The translations under genes were made by a program, and so were the position numbers. 64,000 nucleotides of DNA from NCBI GenBank assembly GCA_976551045.1, contig CDPCPM010000005.1, positions 11,098,001-11,162,000 of the forward strand, given 5' to 3'. Shown piece after piece: positions 1 to 12,994 of the stretch. Source of the DNA: Glaucostegus cemiculus (Eukaryota). The stretch's first letter is position 1. Each line of letters starts with the position of its first letter. The notes under the pieces were generated by a model. It was not told the origin of the DNA, did no database searches, and was given only the letters and a program-made list of their open reading frames with translations.

Positions 1-1505
1 AGGACCTGACCTGGTGCATTGTCAGACCTTGTGGGAAGCTGGAGAAGAAATTGCAGAGGCCCTTGCAGAGATTTTTGCTTCATTTCTGGCCACAGATGAG
101 GTTCTGGAGGATGGCTCACGTGGTACCATTGTTTAAAAAGGGTAGCAAAAACAAGCCAAAGAACTGCAGGCTGGTGAGTCTGACATCAGTGGTGGGTAAA
201 TCGCTGGAGGGAATTCTGAGGCCAGGATCTACCAGCATTTGGAGAGACATTGTCTCGAATCAGACCCTTAGCATAGTTTTGTGGGTGGGAAGTTGTGTCT
301 GACATATCTCTTGGAACTCTTCAAGGAGGTAACCAAGAAGGTAGATGAGGGTAGGCAGTAGCTGTTGTCTATATGGATTTCAAGGCCTTTGACAAGGTCC
401 CTCATGACAGATTAGTCTAGAAGATTAGATCACATAGGATCCAGGGGGAGAGAGCTGATTGGATTCAGAATTGGCTCAGTGGTAGGAAGCAGAAGGTGAT
501 AGTCCAGGGTTGTTTCTTGAAATGGAGGCCTGTGTCTAGTGGTGTGCCACGGGGGTCGGTGCTAGGACCTTTGTTTGTAATTTATATAAATGATTTGGAT
601 GTGAATGTATGGTTAGTAGGTTTTCAGATGATACTAAAATAGCTGGTGTTGTAGGCAGTGTAGAAGGTTACAGGGGGATCTTGATCAGCTAGGATACATG
701 GGCTGAGGATTGGCAAATGGCTTTCAATCCAGATAATTGTGAGCTATTTATTTTGGGAGATCAAACAGTAGGACTGATACAGAGAATGGTAAAGCCCTGG
801 GGAGTGTTATGGAACAAAGGGACCTCAGTGCAAGTTCGCTGAAAGTGGCGTTACAGTTAGATAGGGTGGTGAATAAGGCATTTGGCATGGTGGCCTTCAT
901 CAGTCAGGGCACTGACTATAGGAGTTGGGAAGTTATGTTGAAATTATTATAAGACATTGGTGAGGCTGCATTTGGAGTATTATGTACAGTTTAGGTCACC
1001 CTACTATAGGAAAAATGTTATTAAACTAGAAAGAATGCAGAAAAGATTTACCAGGACTTTGCCTGGACTTGGGTGCCTGAGGTACAAGGAGAGGTTGCGT
1101 AGAATAGGACTTCATTCTCTGGAATGTAGGAGATTAAGGGGTGACCTGATAGAGGTATGTAAGATTATGAGGGGCACAGACAGGGTGAAAGCACATAGTC
1201 TTTTTTCCGGGGGGGGAGTGTTAAAACAAGAGGACGTAAGCTTAAGATTAGGGGCAAGAGATTTAAGAGGGGCAGCTTCTTCACACAAATGGTGGTGCGT
1301 ACTTGGAATGAGCTGCCAGAAATAGTGGTTGAGGCGGGCACATTAGTACATTTAAAAGCCATCTATATAAGTACATGGCTGGGAAAAGTTTAGTTGGCTA
1401 TGAGCAAAACACAGGCAATTGGGACTAGCTCTCTGGGCAACACAGTCGGCATGGATGAGTTGGGCCAAAGGGCCTGTTTCCATGCTCTCCAACTCTATGG
1501 CTCTT
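1..1505 (+). mobile_element. CR1-clade LINE (HER1-like), 3' part with a degenerate ORF2 reverse transcriptase; continues beyond the left edge of the window
   Basis: ORF 51..302 contains [41 protein letters not shown] at ~545 and FSDDTKI (the FADD motif) at ~622. ORF 957..1325 contains LVRLHLEY...LERMQKRFTR...RRLRGDLIEV. The 3' tail TGGGCCAAAGGGCCTGTTTCCATGCT...ACTCTATG lies at 1461-1500. Many frameshifts and stops. Confidence 0.95.
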
Positions 1506-2640
1506 TGGCTCACCTGAGGGGGAAGATATTGCTAAGAGAGAGAGTGTTCTATCCTCTGAACTATGGTTGAAAAACCTTTACTCACATCTTGGAGATAAAA
1601 TCTATTTTTAGAATTACAATTGTTTACCTGGAAATGAGTGACAGATGTGCACTCACATGAGCCGCTTATGGAATTGATCTGGATGCTGAGAAAATATACA
1701 ATTAATCAACCAAAGGCCTGATATTCTCTGTTCTGTATGCTTGTCTTTAAAACGTTAAGAACAGGAAATTGCATAAATGAGCAAAAATGTTTGTGATCCA
1801 TACAATCCAATGGGCACCATAGAGTACAAAAAGGATGAAAGACATAGAAAGGAGAGGAGGAGTAATGAAACATCTGTGACTGCAAAATAAATTAAAGATT
1901 AGAAAAGGCAGGTACACAATTATTTACTTCTGACATGTGTTTGCCACACTATCTTATAATAATCTTTGTTTCATTATTGTGTAAGTTTCACATCACTTAA
2001 GCAACAGTAAATGAGATTAGATCATGCTTTAAAATATTCTTAATAAGATTGTTTTTGGACCGGACAGATGATAAAATGCAATAAAAAGGGTCTAAGACAT
2101 TGCGTTAGCAAGGGGAGTCACAGGTATAGGGAGTTGGAGCTTCAGTCAATGGGACAATTTAGACCCCAAACATTGAGGGGGGTATGGGAGGCTGATAAGG
2201 TGCTGGTCACCTGGGGTGCCTGGAGTTATGATGGGATGCTTGTGATGAGGAGAACCAGTAAATGGTTAAGCCAAGACTTGGGTGCTGGAGTACTCAAATG
2301 AGGTGACAGTTATGAGGTTGGATGTAGGAGGTGGGCTGTAGTGTTGGAGTGAGAGGTCAGTGGAAAACCTAATGTGGCTATCCCTGCAGGGGTATCCATG
2401 GGCCAGATTGCATCGCCATGAACAAGGCCATACTGACTTAAGTTCTGCTGAAGCAGGCCTACTCCTGTACAAAATAGTGCACAGAACCAACTCACGGCAA
2501 ACTTAACAGAAATTGTATTCAAACCTGTGTTGAATGCCTTTTCATGCCACTGCCCATGTCCTAAAGTCTCTTTGTGCAAAGCGAATCAGATACACAGAAC
2601 ACCCAGGACCAAGTTTTAAAAATCAGCCTTTACCTCAATA

Positions 2641-2755
2641 CTGGAAATTTGAAACAAAAAAAGATGTTGGGTATTCTCAGTAAGCTAGTCAGCGTCAGTG
2701 GGCAGAGAAGATTCGGTGAAGGGTCATCAGCCTGAAGTGTTAACTCTGTTTCTCT
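2641..2755. mobile_element. Short Penelope-like-element terminal derivative, two opposed halves, with a decayed hammerhead core
   Basis: CTGGAAATTTGAAAC...CTCAGTAAGCTAGTCAGCGTC followed by GTGAAGGGTCATCAGCCTGAAGTGTTAACTCTGTTTCTCT. Similar to the copies at 6270, 7800, 20630, 41495 and 60690. Confidence 0.55.
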
Positions 2756-4429
2756 GTATTCTAGTTGCAATTTGGAAACTGAGACTCATTTTGTTGAGGG
2801 AACTCCAATTATAATTAGTTAATGAGATTGGGTTGGTTATCATCATAATTGGGAGTTGGATTGAATAAAAACTTACAAGTCCATCATCTATCTGCAATAT
2901 TTGTGGCACAATGTTCCAGTTTAAACAATTATGTAGATTTCCTCAGGTGTAAGTACTTAAATGATCAAATGATATTTTTCAGCATACAACCCCATTTTGC
3001 CCATTGTATCTACGTGAATATTCCAAGCTTTCACTCCTCCACATTATCTTTATTGTATACCATTTTTCCTCCTCTGTATCCATTATAGAAAATTAACTTC
3101 GCATTACAAAAGCAATTGACCACTCTTTTTCCCCTTTGTTGATTTTCATAAGTTTAAAACCATGTCACAGTTTGGATACATACTCTTGAATATTATTTGA
3201 TAAAATGTTCAGAGAGTACCAAAATGTTATAAGTGGAGAGGACAACTGACAATCAGTCAAAAGTCCAGTGTTGTCAGAACCCATAAACAGGAATTTCTCG
3301 CTGACTGTCACAATGTGAAATCGTTGTTGCCAATAGAGCAGCATATTCAATCGCAGCAAGAATTGTGTCAGACAGATTGAATGCAGCACAATGTAACAAC
3401 AAAGGTCCTCAACACTCTCACCCATAAAGTTGTCAAAAAACACATTCATGTTAAGATCTTTCCACTGAGACCTTTGCAAAGCTCCTGTTGGAAAGATTAC
3501 AATGGACAAAAACCATCTGTCTCCCACTGCTGTAGTACAAGAAGCAGGGACTGAATCTTGTGAATATTTACAAAGCAAGAAAATCTTAGCGAAGCTAAAT
3601 TGTAAGTTAGGGTCATGAATTTTCTTTGCACACTCACTCACACACATTATTATTTATGACGAAACAAAATATAAAGAAACATGAAGCATGAGTGGTTGCA
3701 GGAAATAATTTTTTAAAGCTGAAGATGTTTTCACAGCTGATCGGACAACAAGAATGTTTAAACTTCTGAGAATGCAAAACAACTCCAAAAAAGATTCACA
3801 TGGTGTCAATATCAGATAGATTTAGTCCCTATTCCATTACTGTGCCATGAAATTCAGGAACACTCTTTAGGATAGGATAGTTTTTTTGTTGTCTGAACAC
3901 CTTTCAATAGAATAGAAGCCCAGAGGCAGTTGAAAACTTGGTTTTATGAAGGAGCAGGATCTTTTGTCTGTGAGCTGAAATTATTAACCATATGCCTCCA
4001 ACTTGAAAGTGGTCTTTTGCAATGAAATTAAAGCTTCCTGAACCCTGAATAAACTATTCATTTATTCCTTGCAGACGGAGTTGGACCACTGTCTGTGGAT
4101 TTATTTAAACTGTTGATTACAACCTTTGTATTTTTGAGTGTAGTATCATTAAGTATAGTTCATCTGTTCAGAAAGAAAATCATAAAATGCATATGCTAAT
4201 CAGATATCACAAGCCGTTACTTGATATTGTCAAGTAACAAAAGGCTTAAGGTTTGCAGAATGGATCGCTCTGAGAACCCATCATACTAATAACAAAGGCT
4301 GCTTGAGTTCAGTAGTAGTTCATTCTGAATTTAAGGATTAGGTCAACTGGAGGATTCAGTAACTTGACAGTAACTTAAGTACAACACATTTCAATTTGAA
4401 CCAATATACCAATGCCGAAGTTGAAATGT

Positions 4430-4600
4430 GAATCATAAGGAAGAGATGCAGGAGAAAGAAAGAACAAAATGGAAGGTCTGTGATGGGGTAAATCAAAAGA
4501 GAGATTAGGTGGCAAAAGGGATGATAGTCCAGAAGAAAAGAGTGAGAGTGGGACAACTGAAACGAACAAGCTTCATACAGATGGGAAAAAGAGAAAATGT
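4430..4600 (-). mobile_element. Penelope-like element UTR remnant (purine-rich on the + strand)
   Basis: GAAAGAACAAAATGGAAGGTCTGTGATGGGG...GAGAGATTAGGTGGCAAAAGGGATG resembles the purine-rich segment of elasmobranch Penelope-like repeats; recognised from memory. Confidence 0.4.
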
Positions 4601-5879
4601 GCTTTATACAAGCACCCAGAATGTACATCCCTAAGTACATGAGCATATAAGGATCTGAAAAAGAATACTAGTTTTGTGGAAGTCCATTGTTGAGCTAGCG
4701 GGGAATTACATTGCCATGGTAGCTATACACAATGCTTTGGCAGAAGCATACCTGTCTATTTTGAAAGTGCACAAACAATTGGCAGGATGTCATATGACAC
4801 AGCTCCAGAGCCAAGCTGATTCTAAAAGACCTTAGGATCCAACGGTATAACATGAAGCCAAATGCAAACAAAACTCATCTTGGCAACTTAAAAATGTCAG
4901 TGTTGTCATTTTCCTCCACTTATGGCAAAAACAAATACAGTATGGCAAATAATGTAGTTGATGCCAACAGCAGACCTGCAAGAACTTCATGAAAAATCTT
5001 GGAGAGAAAAACAAAGTCATTTTATATTCCTCTGACTACTAATTTTAGTGGACTGATTCATAATATTTCTATCCATGTATACACTGTTCAAAAGAATTGT
5101 TGGATGGCACACAAAATTGTTAACTCATTTATTTTAACTGAATTAATAATTTTGTTAAAATGGCAAACTCAGTAACTTGAAGCATGAACCTTAACTGATG
5201 TACTAAAAATAGTGGTCAAAAGAGTCTCAAGTTTTGACGTGCAAGGGTTGGTAGAAAACCTCCAGAGAAACAGTTTAATTCTTTTCCCTGCTGAAGTACA
5301 GTAAGAAGGGCACACTGTGAATTTAATTGTATGTTATATCATCTAGAAAAAGGGATGCATCTCTAAGGAACTGAAATTATAAGTGCACTCACCATTTTAC
5401 AGCTTCATAATGTCACCTAGATGATCCCAGATTGTTTGAGTTGAGAGAAATTAAGGTTATGAAGGACTTTTTAAGCTCTTAAGAGTATTTTATTGAAATG
5501 AGATGCCAAGCAAGGCACAAATGGGGGTATTATGCAGACTGCCGACTCTTAAGTTTTTTTTTATTAACGATTATTGGGGAAATTATGTTTCAGTGTGTCA
5601 GGGCACATCATTGTTACTGAATTTCCCAACGTTCTATGCCAGACTGTACTGCGGTTTGCAAAGAGTCGATCTTGTGTCTGCTGCCACTCCTTGAAAGCCA
5701 GTGGGGTTAAGCATTAACATTTTAATACGCTCACACCAACATAAAGCATACTTTAATAATTCAGTGAAAGGTTTCAGTTGCGAAGGTCACTGCAGCTTCT
5801 CTCCCATCTCCCCGTGCATTCTCCTTGATCATCTCCTTCAAGGGGCCCACATCCTGCCTTCTTGATCCTTTCCCCTTTC

Positions 5880-6260
5880 AATTATTGATCATTTAATTTT
5901 TTCCTCTAGGTTCCCTTGATAGATGATAATTCTTATTCTTTCCTATGCTCAGAGACCAAAAGTACCTTTTAAAACGATTGCCATCAATCCCCTCAAAACA
6001 TCTACTCTTGACCTTACATCGCATTCAATCACTGTCCCATTTCTGACTTCCTCTTGAGGTGCTTAAGAATGTTGTTGTCTCTTATGTCCATGCCTATAGC
6101 CTCCACTCCGACCTTGAACCATTCCATTCTGGCTGCCCTGCTCCAGCCAATGTGAATAAACCTTCCCGTGACCACTCATGGTGTGTTCTTTCCTTCTCCT
6201 CGCTAACCTCTCTGTTGTTCTGTGTGACGCACGGCACCATTCTTTTCCAATACCTCTCAT
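5880..6260 (+). mobile_element. L2-clade LINE, degenerate RT fragment
   Basis: Frameshifted HCPISDF / VLKNVVVSYVHAYSLHSDLEPFHSGC (ORF 6059) resembles the L2 RT motif YRPISNLPFLSKVLERVVASQ...LEPxQSGF. Confidence 0.6.
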
Positions 6261-6270
6261 CTGCTGTCAG

Positions 6271-6395
6271 GGTCTGATGTACAGATTTTGATCTGAAACA
6301 TTAACCCTAGTTTTCTTTCCACACCTGCTGTCTGTATGGCTCTATGTTTCCAACATTTTCTGTTTTTATTTCAGATTTCCAGCATCTGCATTTTA
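6271..6395 (+). mobile_element. Penelope-like terminal fragment with a decayed hammerhead core
   Basis: TCTGATGTACAGATTTTGATCTGAAACATTAAC...CATTTTCTGTTTTTATTTCAGATTTCCAGCATCTGCA; the reverse complement of the 20630 and 60690 copies. Confidence 0.65.
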
Positions 6396-7799
6396 ATTCC
6401 TACCTATATATTTTCAGATCAAGTGCATCTCTGACAAATTCTTGCCATCTCTGTGTTCCTAAAATAAAAGTTTCCTCTTCGCTGATATCAATTGCACCCA
6501 TGAACATCCATGTGTCAAGTGGTGACACCAAGCTCTGTGGTCTCTCTTGACCCCTTTCTCACCAGACGTTGAAAACACTGAAGCTGTTTTTAGCCACCCC
6601 ATTAATTCTGTTCTTGCCCTGATGAGGAAAGTTTCATTTTACTGTACTGAAGATGTACAATTCATTTACATGAGGTTGATTTTTCCTTCCAGTGTGGTAT
6701 CCTGACAGAATTAATCCACTCATTCCTTATAGAACTTGCCTTATTTTCATGCCATTTAGTCAAGAGATCTGCATATGACATGTAAACTTAGAATAAATGT
6801 GTACAAATACATAGTTATCATGCAACTTAACTTTATCCTTTGTTCTTTATTGTAGGTTTCCAGAATCCATTCCTGAGACCCAATTGCTGCTTTTAATCCC
6901 CTGCGCCACATAGGTTTATTCCCACTGCAAATGGTATGCCCTGGGATCTCTGCGTAGTCTGTGCAACCTCAGCACCATACAGCCTATGTATCATCTTAGG
7001 ACAGGAGGTGGATGCTATTTTGTGGTTGCATTATAAGCTGCCCCTAAGTATTAATCCACCACCTAGACCCCATTGTCAGATGTAGTGAACAATTGGACTT
7101 GTCCTCGGTCAGGTGGGTTACTACGTGGCCTTTCAGATAAGCTGTTATGATATTTAACATGTATAAAGTGTAGTATAGATATGTAACTAAACTCATCTTT
7201 CAAAAATATGATGACTAATAAAATTCAGTTTGTAAGTTAAGAACTGTACTCTCTGCCTGCCTTTCTTCCATAATCCTGTGGGTCAGGAACCTTCCTGAAC
7301 TGCAAGACAAGTAGAATTATGCAAGAAATGACCTGTCACCATCTTGTCCTCCTCCATAATACACAGAGACAACCCAGTAAGCCTTCTTCCTCATGCCACA
7401 GCAAATGTGGTGAATCTTCAGCAGACTAGGTCAGACTTGGTACCTTTTGCAGCTGGTCCTGTGCTACATTTTCTTGACCTCTTCTCTGAGCTACTTCCTA
7501 ACACCTTTATTCTCTAGTATAGTGTGTTTCCATAGATGAGCAGACAATTCTCTTAATGAATGAGTAAGCCATTATTATTTTGCAATGGTTACTAGAACAG
7601 TCAGTCTGGAACAGGAGCTTGTGGGAGTCACACGTACATAGTTCAGCCTTGTTAAATTGTCATTATTATTCTCTGATATTCATTGTGTTTATTACAACTA
7701 CTGCTCCAGAGTTGTGTTGCAAGGTTTCTAAAAGCCCAGTCATGGTTTGATTTTGGCTTACATCACCACAAGCACACATCTATATGAGCAAAAAGATAT

Positions 7800-7915
7800 A
7801 CATGCTGGAAATTTAATTAAGAGCAAAAACTGCTGATAGTACTCAAAAGGCCAAGCAGCATTGGAGGAAAGAGAAATGGTGTTAATGTTTCAGCATGATG
7901 ACAATTCATTGGAAG
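7800..7915 (-). mobile_element. Penelope-like terminal fragment
   Basis: ATGCTGGAAAT...ACTCAAAAGGCCAAGCAGCATTGGAGGAAAGAGAAATGGTGTTAATGTTTCAG; same family as 6271 and 20630. Confidence 0.55.
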
Positions 7916-10900
7916 TTCATTAAAATTCCTGACCTCACTTTTGTTGAATCTCCCCCTAATTCCTCATTCAGAGTGAGGTGAGCAAATGGGGTGGTAAGAT
8001 ACCTCTGAGGCATGGGACCCTAATGGTAACCTGTAGTTAAGAAAAGGAATGTGGCTGAAAGTAGGCTGAGATGAGTGCATCCAAATTTTTTAAAAATGTT
8101 CACCTCTTACATAGTAATGGGAACACCATTACACAAACTGTTAGAGGAATGCAAGTGTTTCTTTTGCATAGCGAGTTATTGATCCAATTACATTAATGGA
8201 AATAGTCTTAAAATAGATTAATATACAAGGCTGTACATTTACTGGGACCGCAGAATGTTGTGGGTGTTTAGCTTTGCCCAAGGAGTTTGTAGTGGACACA
8301 TTTGACCTCTCTGTGCTAGAAGTTTTCTTTAGTCTGAGATACAAGGAGTTGCAGATAAATGCAAAAATAAGCATTTTTTTATTTGAACAGTAGGATAAGC
8401 GAAAGATATGCACTTACATTTCATTCTTTGTCTTAAAATGATTAGTACAAGAGAATGGTAGGTATATAATTACACAAACTCAAAATGGATCTTCAAACTT
8501 TATTCTCCCAGAATGTGCTGCCTTCAACAAATCAATGCATTTCATGTGGAGTCTTCAACTTTCCAACTCCTTGATTCCCACTAATATTCAGAGACAATGG
8601 TCTATAGATCCCAGAATTCTCCATCATTGCTGGATATGTATTTCAGAAACACTGAGGGTAAAATATGCTTTAACTCGAAGGAATGCAGAATGACTTTTTC
8701 TTGTAAAATAATTTTTGCTCCGCGGAATGCATTTTCTTTTAAATATCACATTCAAAGAATTCTTTAAGGAAGCCTGATTATTTTCAGTCAAGTAATTGAG
8801 AGATAGATTTTTGTGTAATGATGTGAAACTGGTGACCAGCAAATTGGCAAATTGCTTATATTTCTCCCCATCAATGTCAATAGGCTTTATTGCACACTAT
8901 TCAAAATCTTCATGCAACAGAATGCACCATTAGAGCCATTAGAGCTAAGGAATTTATTTGAACTATAGAACAGCAATTTCATTTAAATTGTTTAGCAGGT
9001 ATTTCCTTTATTAGGATCAAGGCATCTTTAGTAGTTAGACTCCCCCTGCTTAGTCTTTGTCAAAGCATCTGACATCCATTTTCCAAGGTTGTGGCATCAT
9101 TTTCTGTACCTGGTCCTGTGAATGAGAGCACTTAATTGTAATAATTAGCCAAGCACCTAAAGATATCATCAGAGTGACCCACCCAAATTCAAGCCCATAT
9201 GTTTTGAAGCAGATAATGAGCCAGTTAATGTGCTATGTCCAGATGTAATGGAGACTGGATATGGATGGTGAGAAGCCATAATTTGCCAGGTTTTTGAGTG
9301 ATAATATTTTCCAGTGTAGATGTGTAGCTCTATTACTTCAACATGGATAACGAGGTCAAAATACTAAAAATCTTAATGTTTCAGAACCAAAGAAGTGATG
9401 TGGCAGCTGACACCATTTAAAATGTTAACTTTCAAGAAATAGAAACTTAAAAGCTTTCTCAAGTATGAAAAAGAAGAGCAAAATTATCTAAAAAAATGTC
9501 ACAATGGTCAAATTTGTAAATTACAGGCTATTCGCTTTTGACAGAGAGCTGACAGCTCAGGACGATCAGAGCCATTTATGAAGGAAGATTCCAGAAGCTG
9601 AATTTGTAATAGTAATAACAAATCACATTTAAATAAGATGGAATGAAAACGACTTCCCACTCTCTCCTGATTTTAAAAAAAGTAAAAATGATGTCCTCAG
9701 TTATGAATGCATTCTCATGTTCCTGTCTGAGTGTCAACTACTCCAATTCAGGACATTTTTTAACATGCCAGTTAGTTGGCATTGCCGTAATGGTCATGTC
9801 ACCATAATTGGTAAACAGTATCAATTTGTTACTTGGTATAATCTTTTTACTATCAACTTGTAAGTACCTCAGAAATGGAATAGACCCACAAAGTAGACAT
9901 GGGGATGGTGATGGGCAATTAACCTCCACAAATTACTCCCAAAGCAGCTGAGATGCCAACTTTGTTTTACCAGCTCATTTATATGATTGCTGCATGCAGC
10001 CAACACTAACAGCTAACCACCTCAGCAGAAGGCCATAATTCATTCATGGCCAACACCACGTAAGGTTAGCCTGCACCTCTGAGAGAATGGGCTGAACTGT
10101 GGCTGCAGCAGGAGTTGCTGGTATTCTGGAATCATTCTGAAATTGGAGACATTTAAGAAAGGCAAAGCATGAGAAGGATTGGCTTCTAGGATTTTCCAGT
10201 TCTGCACTGGAGGCCTTGGTGTAGGAAATGCAAACAGATAGTGATCTTGCATCCAAAATGGGCCAGGTGACTCTGCAGACACAGAGGGAGGAGACAGCTG
10301 TTGAGGCCAGTGCCTGGAATTAAGAGCCATGGACCTCAGTGTAGTGCAGCACAAAGTTCAATGTCTTGCCATGACTAGTCAGGGTCAGTGAATCGTTTTC
10401 AAATGGTACATCCTACACACTGTGCCACTGGCCTCAGACACTGCCCAAGGCAGTACGACCCTGTCACTCAACTATCCAACTATCTCTATCAATCAGGAAT
10501 ATTCAGTTGATCCTCACATACTTACTTCTGCTTTTAGCCTCACAACACATCTCATAGCTTTCACTCATTGCCAGTGGTTCATCTGTGACAACACATCCAA
10601 ATGCATGTGTAACTTCCCACCCACTTGCAGACTGAGGTAGCACATAACTTCAGGCAGCAATACCTAACCAAGTACATCACCTTAATCCCCTTGGAGGCAA
10701 TACCCACCATAGCTCTTTGCTGTTGCAACAGAGTACATAGCCAGCAACAAGAGTACATAGCCAACAACAGGACTGACACTATAGAAGATGATGATATTCT
10801 TTAAACTAATCCTCCCCACCACAACACCCCCCCACCCCCCGTATCCCAATTGCTTCTCATCCAACAGTCTCTTCTGACTTACTAAGTAGAATTGGTAATA

Positions 10901-12541
10901 AGCAGCTGAACTTACTTTCTTTCCTTCCCCTTCTTTCACCACATTGTTACTTTATACCCTTTTCAGAGACTTAAGGACTCAACCTGGTCAATCGGTGATA
11001 GAAAGGTGGGAAGAATACAAAGGTAAGGATGTCACTCGATTTAACACTCCCAGCCTTCAGCCCAGCTATGGACACTGCAGTAAAATGGAGGTTATCTGAG
11101 AAGCACGTGGTGAGAAAATGCGTGAGGGGCGTGTAGTACTTCTCAAAATTGAGGTCATATTCAATTTCTGCTGTACTCAGCAGCCTTTGAAGCCCATTGC
11201 TAGCAATGTGGACTGAAATATTTGGTACATTGGTGGGCCAATCAAAAAGCCTGCATACAATATACAGGAACTGCCACCCACGCTGTACAGAACCCTGTGC
11301 AAAGTCAGGAGTATGTCCTTTCCAACAAGCATATGTTGAACAATTCCTTAGCACAACTATGCATCCATCCAAAATGTAGCATTGGATGGCTGGTGCACAA
11401 ACCAGTGACTGGGTTCTGCAGTGGAAGTTCATACTTCTGTCATGTAAATACAACTTGCTGCTAACCTGTTCAAATGGTTTGTAGGGTACCTTAGCAGTCC
11501 AACAAGTCGCCTCGCAGCAGATAATTAGGATTACTGAGTGCTGTCCTGGGAGAGCACAGGATTTATTGTGCACAAAACATTTGTCTTTGAGGATGATAGT
11601 TTTCCTGACCCCAGCAATGCTCTTCCTGTTGCCTGTCAGGCAGCAGGGCAAGGCTGCTGTCACTCATGCAGAGGAGTTGGTGTCTGAAGCTGGACATTCC
11701 AGGCTGAGGTCACCCTACCAGGGCATTAGTGGCTTCTTCTATGGAAATGCATCAGCATTCACCAGCAGTGCCAGTCATTGTGCAAGCACTGCTTAGCAGT
11801 ATCAGGACAGGGAACACCTCGTGGAATACAAGCACTAACGGATTCCACAAAGGTAAATCTATTAACATTTCTGTGCACTGTAGCACGCTTAGTTTATATA
11901 TTTTGTCTTAAAGCATACCTTGTGTTGCCTACCCCTTTTTAGGTGTGGTCAAGCATGATATTTGGTGGGTACTGAGAGGGTGGAGAAAAGATGGGACTTC
12001 TGGTGAAATGGGTATCAAGGCTGCATTTACTGATTCCACATTCAGGATGGCCAGAAAGGAGGCTCCTCCCCTTCCCTTGCTCTTTCTCCTCCCCCTGCTG
12101 AATAGTTGCTCACTTTATGAATGGTGACAAGGGCTGCTCCCTACTGATGGTGAGGCTTATGCTGGAGAGAGTTCTGGCAGTGTAACCCATGTTGAACTCC
12201 TCCTTCATTGACGATCTGGGATGGAGTGCCATGCAGCTTTGCTCTGCCAAACCCCAAGTCAGTGCTCCTAAGTTGTTTCTTGGACAAGTATTGGCATCCA
12301 CCCAGTTTCAGTGAAGTTATTATGAATGACCTGCTTTGCTGCTGTGGTTTGGTCCAGATGATGTCATACATCGTCAACTTGCCCATCAACTAAGGGTGAG
12401 GCTAGCTGGGTGAACCTTCATCAGGCATCTCTGCACCAAGACATGCCTATGTGAACAGCAAATATTAAGAAACAGCTGAGATTGTGCCACATACACCATG
12501 AATCCTCAACCTTACACTACTGAGAAATATATTGTTCTTTC

Positions 12542-12681
12542 TTGGTATTGGTATTTGGTTTATTATTGTCACTTGTACCAAGGTACAGTGAAAAGCTTGT
12601 CTTACAAACCAATCCTACCAATTCATTACCAATCCTACCAATTCATTACACAGTGCAGTTACATTGATTTAATACAGAGTG
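12542..12681 (-). mobile_element. Rex1/Babar LINE 3' tail, 5'-truncated copy
   Basis: Reverse complement of 39565-39685 (TTTGTAAGACAAGCTTTTCACTGTACCT.GGTACAAGTGA.AATAA...ACCAATACCAA). It carries an internal 20-bp tandem duplication, CCAATCCTACCAATTCATTA x2, at 12609-12648. Confidence 0.85.
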
Positions 12682-12903
12682 GTCTGTGGTGTTGGCAGTT
12701 ATTTGAGAATGTGCATGCTTGACTTAATGACATTTTGTTTTGGCAGTATGGCATTTATTGTATCCATGTTGCCCTTTTGTGCATGGGTTGTGTATAAGAA
12801 AGTCATGACCCATTTTATGAGCAGATGGCTATCACTTAATTGCCACCCTTTGGTTTCTTGAGGCTGAAATACAGATGGCATGGTGGACTGCTATAGAACT
12901 AAG

Positions 12904-12994
12904 GCATTGTTATTGCTGCCAGGATATATGAGTAACCTGCATGATGCCTTCTCTCAAAATCAGCTGGACATTGAGGGAGTGGAATTCTCTTTGG
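12904..12994 (-). pseudogene. Harbinger (HARBI1-like, DDE_Tnp_4) transposase fragment
   Basis: The minus strand reads QREFHSLNVQLILREGIMQV, then a frameshift, then YPGSNNNA. This matches the Harbinger motif RKGFHSxNVQLVCD...YPGSxHDA; the catalytic HD is decayed. Confidence 0.75.

Noticed and set aside
10971-11663. Longest ORF in the track (230 aa, minus strand)
   Set aside because: No recognisable domain, Cys/Ile-rich random composition, no splice support, and it lies within a decayed transposon region.
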